From contig CDMY01001045.1 in NCBI GenBank assembly GCA_001179505.1, forward strand, positions 62,001 through 126,000: DNA of 64,000 nt. Direction: 5' to 3'. The position numbers and the translations under genes were made by a program. The notes beneath the pieces were generated by a model. The model made no database searches. It had not been told where the DNA came from and was given only the letters and a program-made list of their open reading frames with translations. The DNA comes from Vitrella brassicaformis CCMP3155 (taxonomy: Eukaryota > Protista > Chromerida). Positions 61,500 through 64,000 of this stretch are shown here, one piece after another (the stretch's first letter is position 1; every line of letters begins with the position of its first letter).

Positions 61500-63797
61500 A
61501 TGACAGGAGAGAAATAATAATATGGGCAGGTACGACGCTCTGGCTCAGGTAGGATCAAGGACTGTGTGACGGTGCGGCCGACGGCACGCCGCAGAGACAT
61601 CAAGAAGAACGGCAGCCATGCGGAAATGCTGTACAGACAGAAAGAGACAGAGAAATGCAGTGAGCAAACCGATCGATAAATGCGCCTAACCAGGTGACGG
61701 CGACCAGGAACAAGGTCAGTACTACACGGCGAAAAATGCCTTTTTCAGACCTGGACGCAAGCATGGGAAGGTTGTTCCACCTCATCAAAACACACAGCAT
61801 GCACAGCTCGAATAGCTGCTCGATAGCCACCAGTAACACCAAACCCATGCCTTCCTCCACAAGCTGCTCCCATGACGCGCCTGCGTAAGCTTGGGCCGTG
61901 AGTACAGCCAGGTTGGTGAACAAAAGGGCCACCAACTCACAGGTGGACCAGATGTTCACCTGGTCGGATAGTGCACGCAGATACCTGCAATGAGTACACA
62001 CGTAAGCGCACACAGTGTAGATGGTGTCTGAGTCTATTGTGGCCGCGGGTACCTTGGAGACACTTGAGTGAGGCCAAGGCCGACTGCAGCCCTCCGACTG
62101 GAGCAGCGAGAGACAGCGCTGTGCTCATGGTTGAACTTTGACGTCTTAGCAGATGACTGTTCTTTCTCTTGCTGTGCTGGGTCTTCGTAGCGTCGTTGTC
62201 CTTGCCCATGGCTGATCCACTGACCGCCTCCGCTTTGGTCGCCGTCACCGCGATGTCGGTCAAGCTATAAGCTGTGGGTGCCTGTCTCTTACACCGGGCC
62301 TTGACAAGCCTCTTGGCCGACAGATGAAGTAGGATCGCTGATAGATGGAAGGAGACAAGCATAATTGACCAAGAATTCACTGATGTGTCCATGGCAGAGG
62401 CGCGTACAGTAGGGGGAGGAAATGTCCATGATCAGGTCAAACATTGAGATGAGGACAGAGTAGAAGAGTTTGCTGTTCAGCGTCACGGCCTCGGCTTGGA
62501 GCATGCCTGATCAGGAACATCACACCCCCTATTGTACGTCTGTCAGCCATGAAGAGGTGACTGACGTGGGAAGAGCACATAGACTATCGCAGGCAGTGCT
62601 ATAAGCAGCGAATTGCATGTGGGAGGTCCCTTCTGGATATACAAAACACCATGAGAAACAAAGTCCGCTGTCTCTTAATTGGCTCTGCTAGTCAGTTCGT
62701 ACTTTGAGCGACCGCACGAGTTTATTGACAAGTGCGATAGCGGGCATGAAGACTGCGAGATATATGACAGCCATCCAGAATCGGTCCCTGTCAGTGGATG
62801 ATGCAGCAGCAAATCGTGGCGAGAGGGCAGCGAGCCATATTACTGCCATAGTGAATGCCATCGTGACAGCTGCCGTGACCTTCACAACATACTCTCGTCT
62901 GGCCCTAATATTCAACGAGCCCGCAGCGCGCCAGAAGTACACAAATATAGCCGCATAGCATGAGCTCCAGTAAATCGGAATGATGATGTTTCTTCTTTCT
63001 TGGGTGTCGAAATGGAGCTCATGACCAATAGGGATCAACAGACCGAGCGCCACTGCCGGAAGAAAAACGAGCCACTCTTTCTTCAGCCGCACTATCATTT
63101 TTTGCAGGTCCGTCCCGTCTGTGACGAGCACGACCATGAGCAGCAGCATGAGAGTTTCAATAATGCGGCGGAGGATGCCAAACACTGGCCCAAACGTACT
63201 TGACAGACACCAATAGATGACCATTAGAGTGCAACCGACTAGAACGATGCCAATGGCGAGAGCAATTGCTGACTGCTGAAGTAGAGCCACAGAAATTCGC
63301 CTCAAGGTCATCACGAACGGCTCGGGCTCAAAAGTTGCACCAACAAACACCTCTGTTGTGCTGCCGTCGGGGTGATGCATCGTTTTATACTCAAGCGTGG
63401 TCGGCCACTCTTCAAAACTAGCCTCGTAGCCTGCCGCCTCCCTCAACTCACCAACCAAATCCACTATAATACGCTCCTCACGACGCAGTTCAGGGCCAGA
63501 GGCGGATTCTCTCGTGTCGCCTGTCCCAGTTGTGGTTGTGCCGATGGTTGACGTAATCGAATTCCGTCTTTCGTGGCGTCTTTCGCCGTCGCCGTGTGTT
63601 GTGGTTGTGATGTCGCTTGGTCCAGGTGCTGTGTTGTTTGTCTCTTCAACGTCGTGCTGTTGTGGGCACGGCAGGCTGACTGAGGACGAGAGATTGGACG
63701 AGAAGGTCGAGAGAGCGGCTGGCTGATGTACACATTCATCCCCAGGTGATTGAGGCGGTCTCACAGCCTCGCCTTTCGCCGTCAGCGCGTTGGACAT
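61500..63797 (-). pseudogene. Copy 2 of the membrane-protein gene, with a 1-bp frameshift
   Basis: gagacacttgagtg at about 62057-62070 versus gagacacttcgagtg in copy 1. The frame changes from LEVSPR|YLR to LKCLQ, followed by an early stop after splicing. Confidence 0.65.
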
Positions 63798-63893
63798 TGT
63801 CGACCGTTTCAGCGTTTCAGGAGATGCGAGCTACGCCCGCAAGCAGATCTCGAAGAAGGATGGGATGGCATGAAAGGAAATCCACGTCAAAGG

Positions 63894-64000
63894 ATGCATG
63901 GCATCTCGGTGCAGACCTTACTGTCCATCTACTTGTTTGCCTTCCTCCGCTCTGGCACGGGATAAAGATCATCACCATCTGTGTCCCAGATCATACGGCC
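63894..64000 (+). pseudogene. 5' fragment of TPR-gene copy 2 with a premature stop
   Basis: ggcacgggataa (GTG*, stop at 63963-63965) replaces ggcacggcattc (GTAF). The signal peptide also has a short in-frame deletion. Confidence 0.75.

Larger units (their letters stand above)
59228..64000 (+). repeat. Segmental duplication, copy 2 (runs off the window end)
   Basis: Colinear with 289-5521, with many substitutions and indels. Offset about 58.9 kb, same orientation. Confidence 0.97.

Noticed and set aside
59228-64000. Duplicated block as cargo of an autonomous transposon
   Set aside because: No transposase, helicase or RT and no terminal repeats are visible at the left boundary; the right boundary is outside the window.
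1-64000. rRNA, tRNA, snRNA or spliced-leader genes
   Set aside because: None were recognisable by eye. A covariance-model search would be needed to exclude small RNAs.

Overview
Gene-dense, intron-rich eukaryotic DNA. It most likely comes from the chromerid alveolate Vitrella brassicaformis, inferred from short microsatellite-filled GT-AG introns, apicomplexan-type Tom40, TM2 and CCCH proteins, signal+transit-peptide plastid leaders and a cilia-type TSNAXIP1 gene. About 20 spliced genes or gene copies can be traced: an MLH3-type MutL C-terminal endonuclease, a polytopic membrane protein, a plastid TPR-like protein, a TM2 protein, DNAJC22-like, plastid L18, PH+TTC39-like, FNTA, a CCCH zinc finger, VAMP7-like, TOM40, TSNAXIP1-like, a secreted GCTD-repeat protein, a GMC oxidoreductase, CTR, a subtilase and several unknowns. 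The window ends (from about 59.2 kb) with a diverged direct duplicate of about 0.3-5.5 kb. In it two genes are disabled, while the MutL-C frame stays open, lacks its N-terminus and has an intron that is precisely absent from the other copy. The other main signals are: (i) many introns have AC/GACA/CAAA repeats near the 5' end and complementary TG/TGTC/TTTG repeats near the 3' end, which suggests structure-bridged splicing; (ii) most genes sit in tight head-to-head pairs that share GCAGATCTC and GCGAGCT motifs; (iii) a small fold-back element is present twice. Exon boundaries were read by eye, so gene ends are approximate. No rRNA, tRNA, CRISPR array or transposase was seen.
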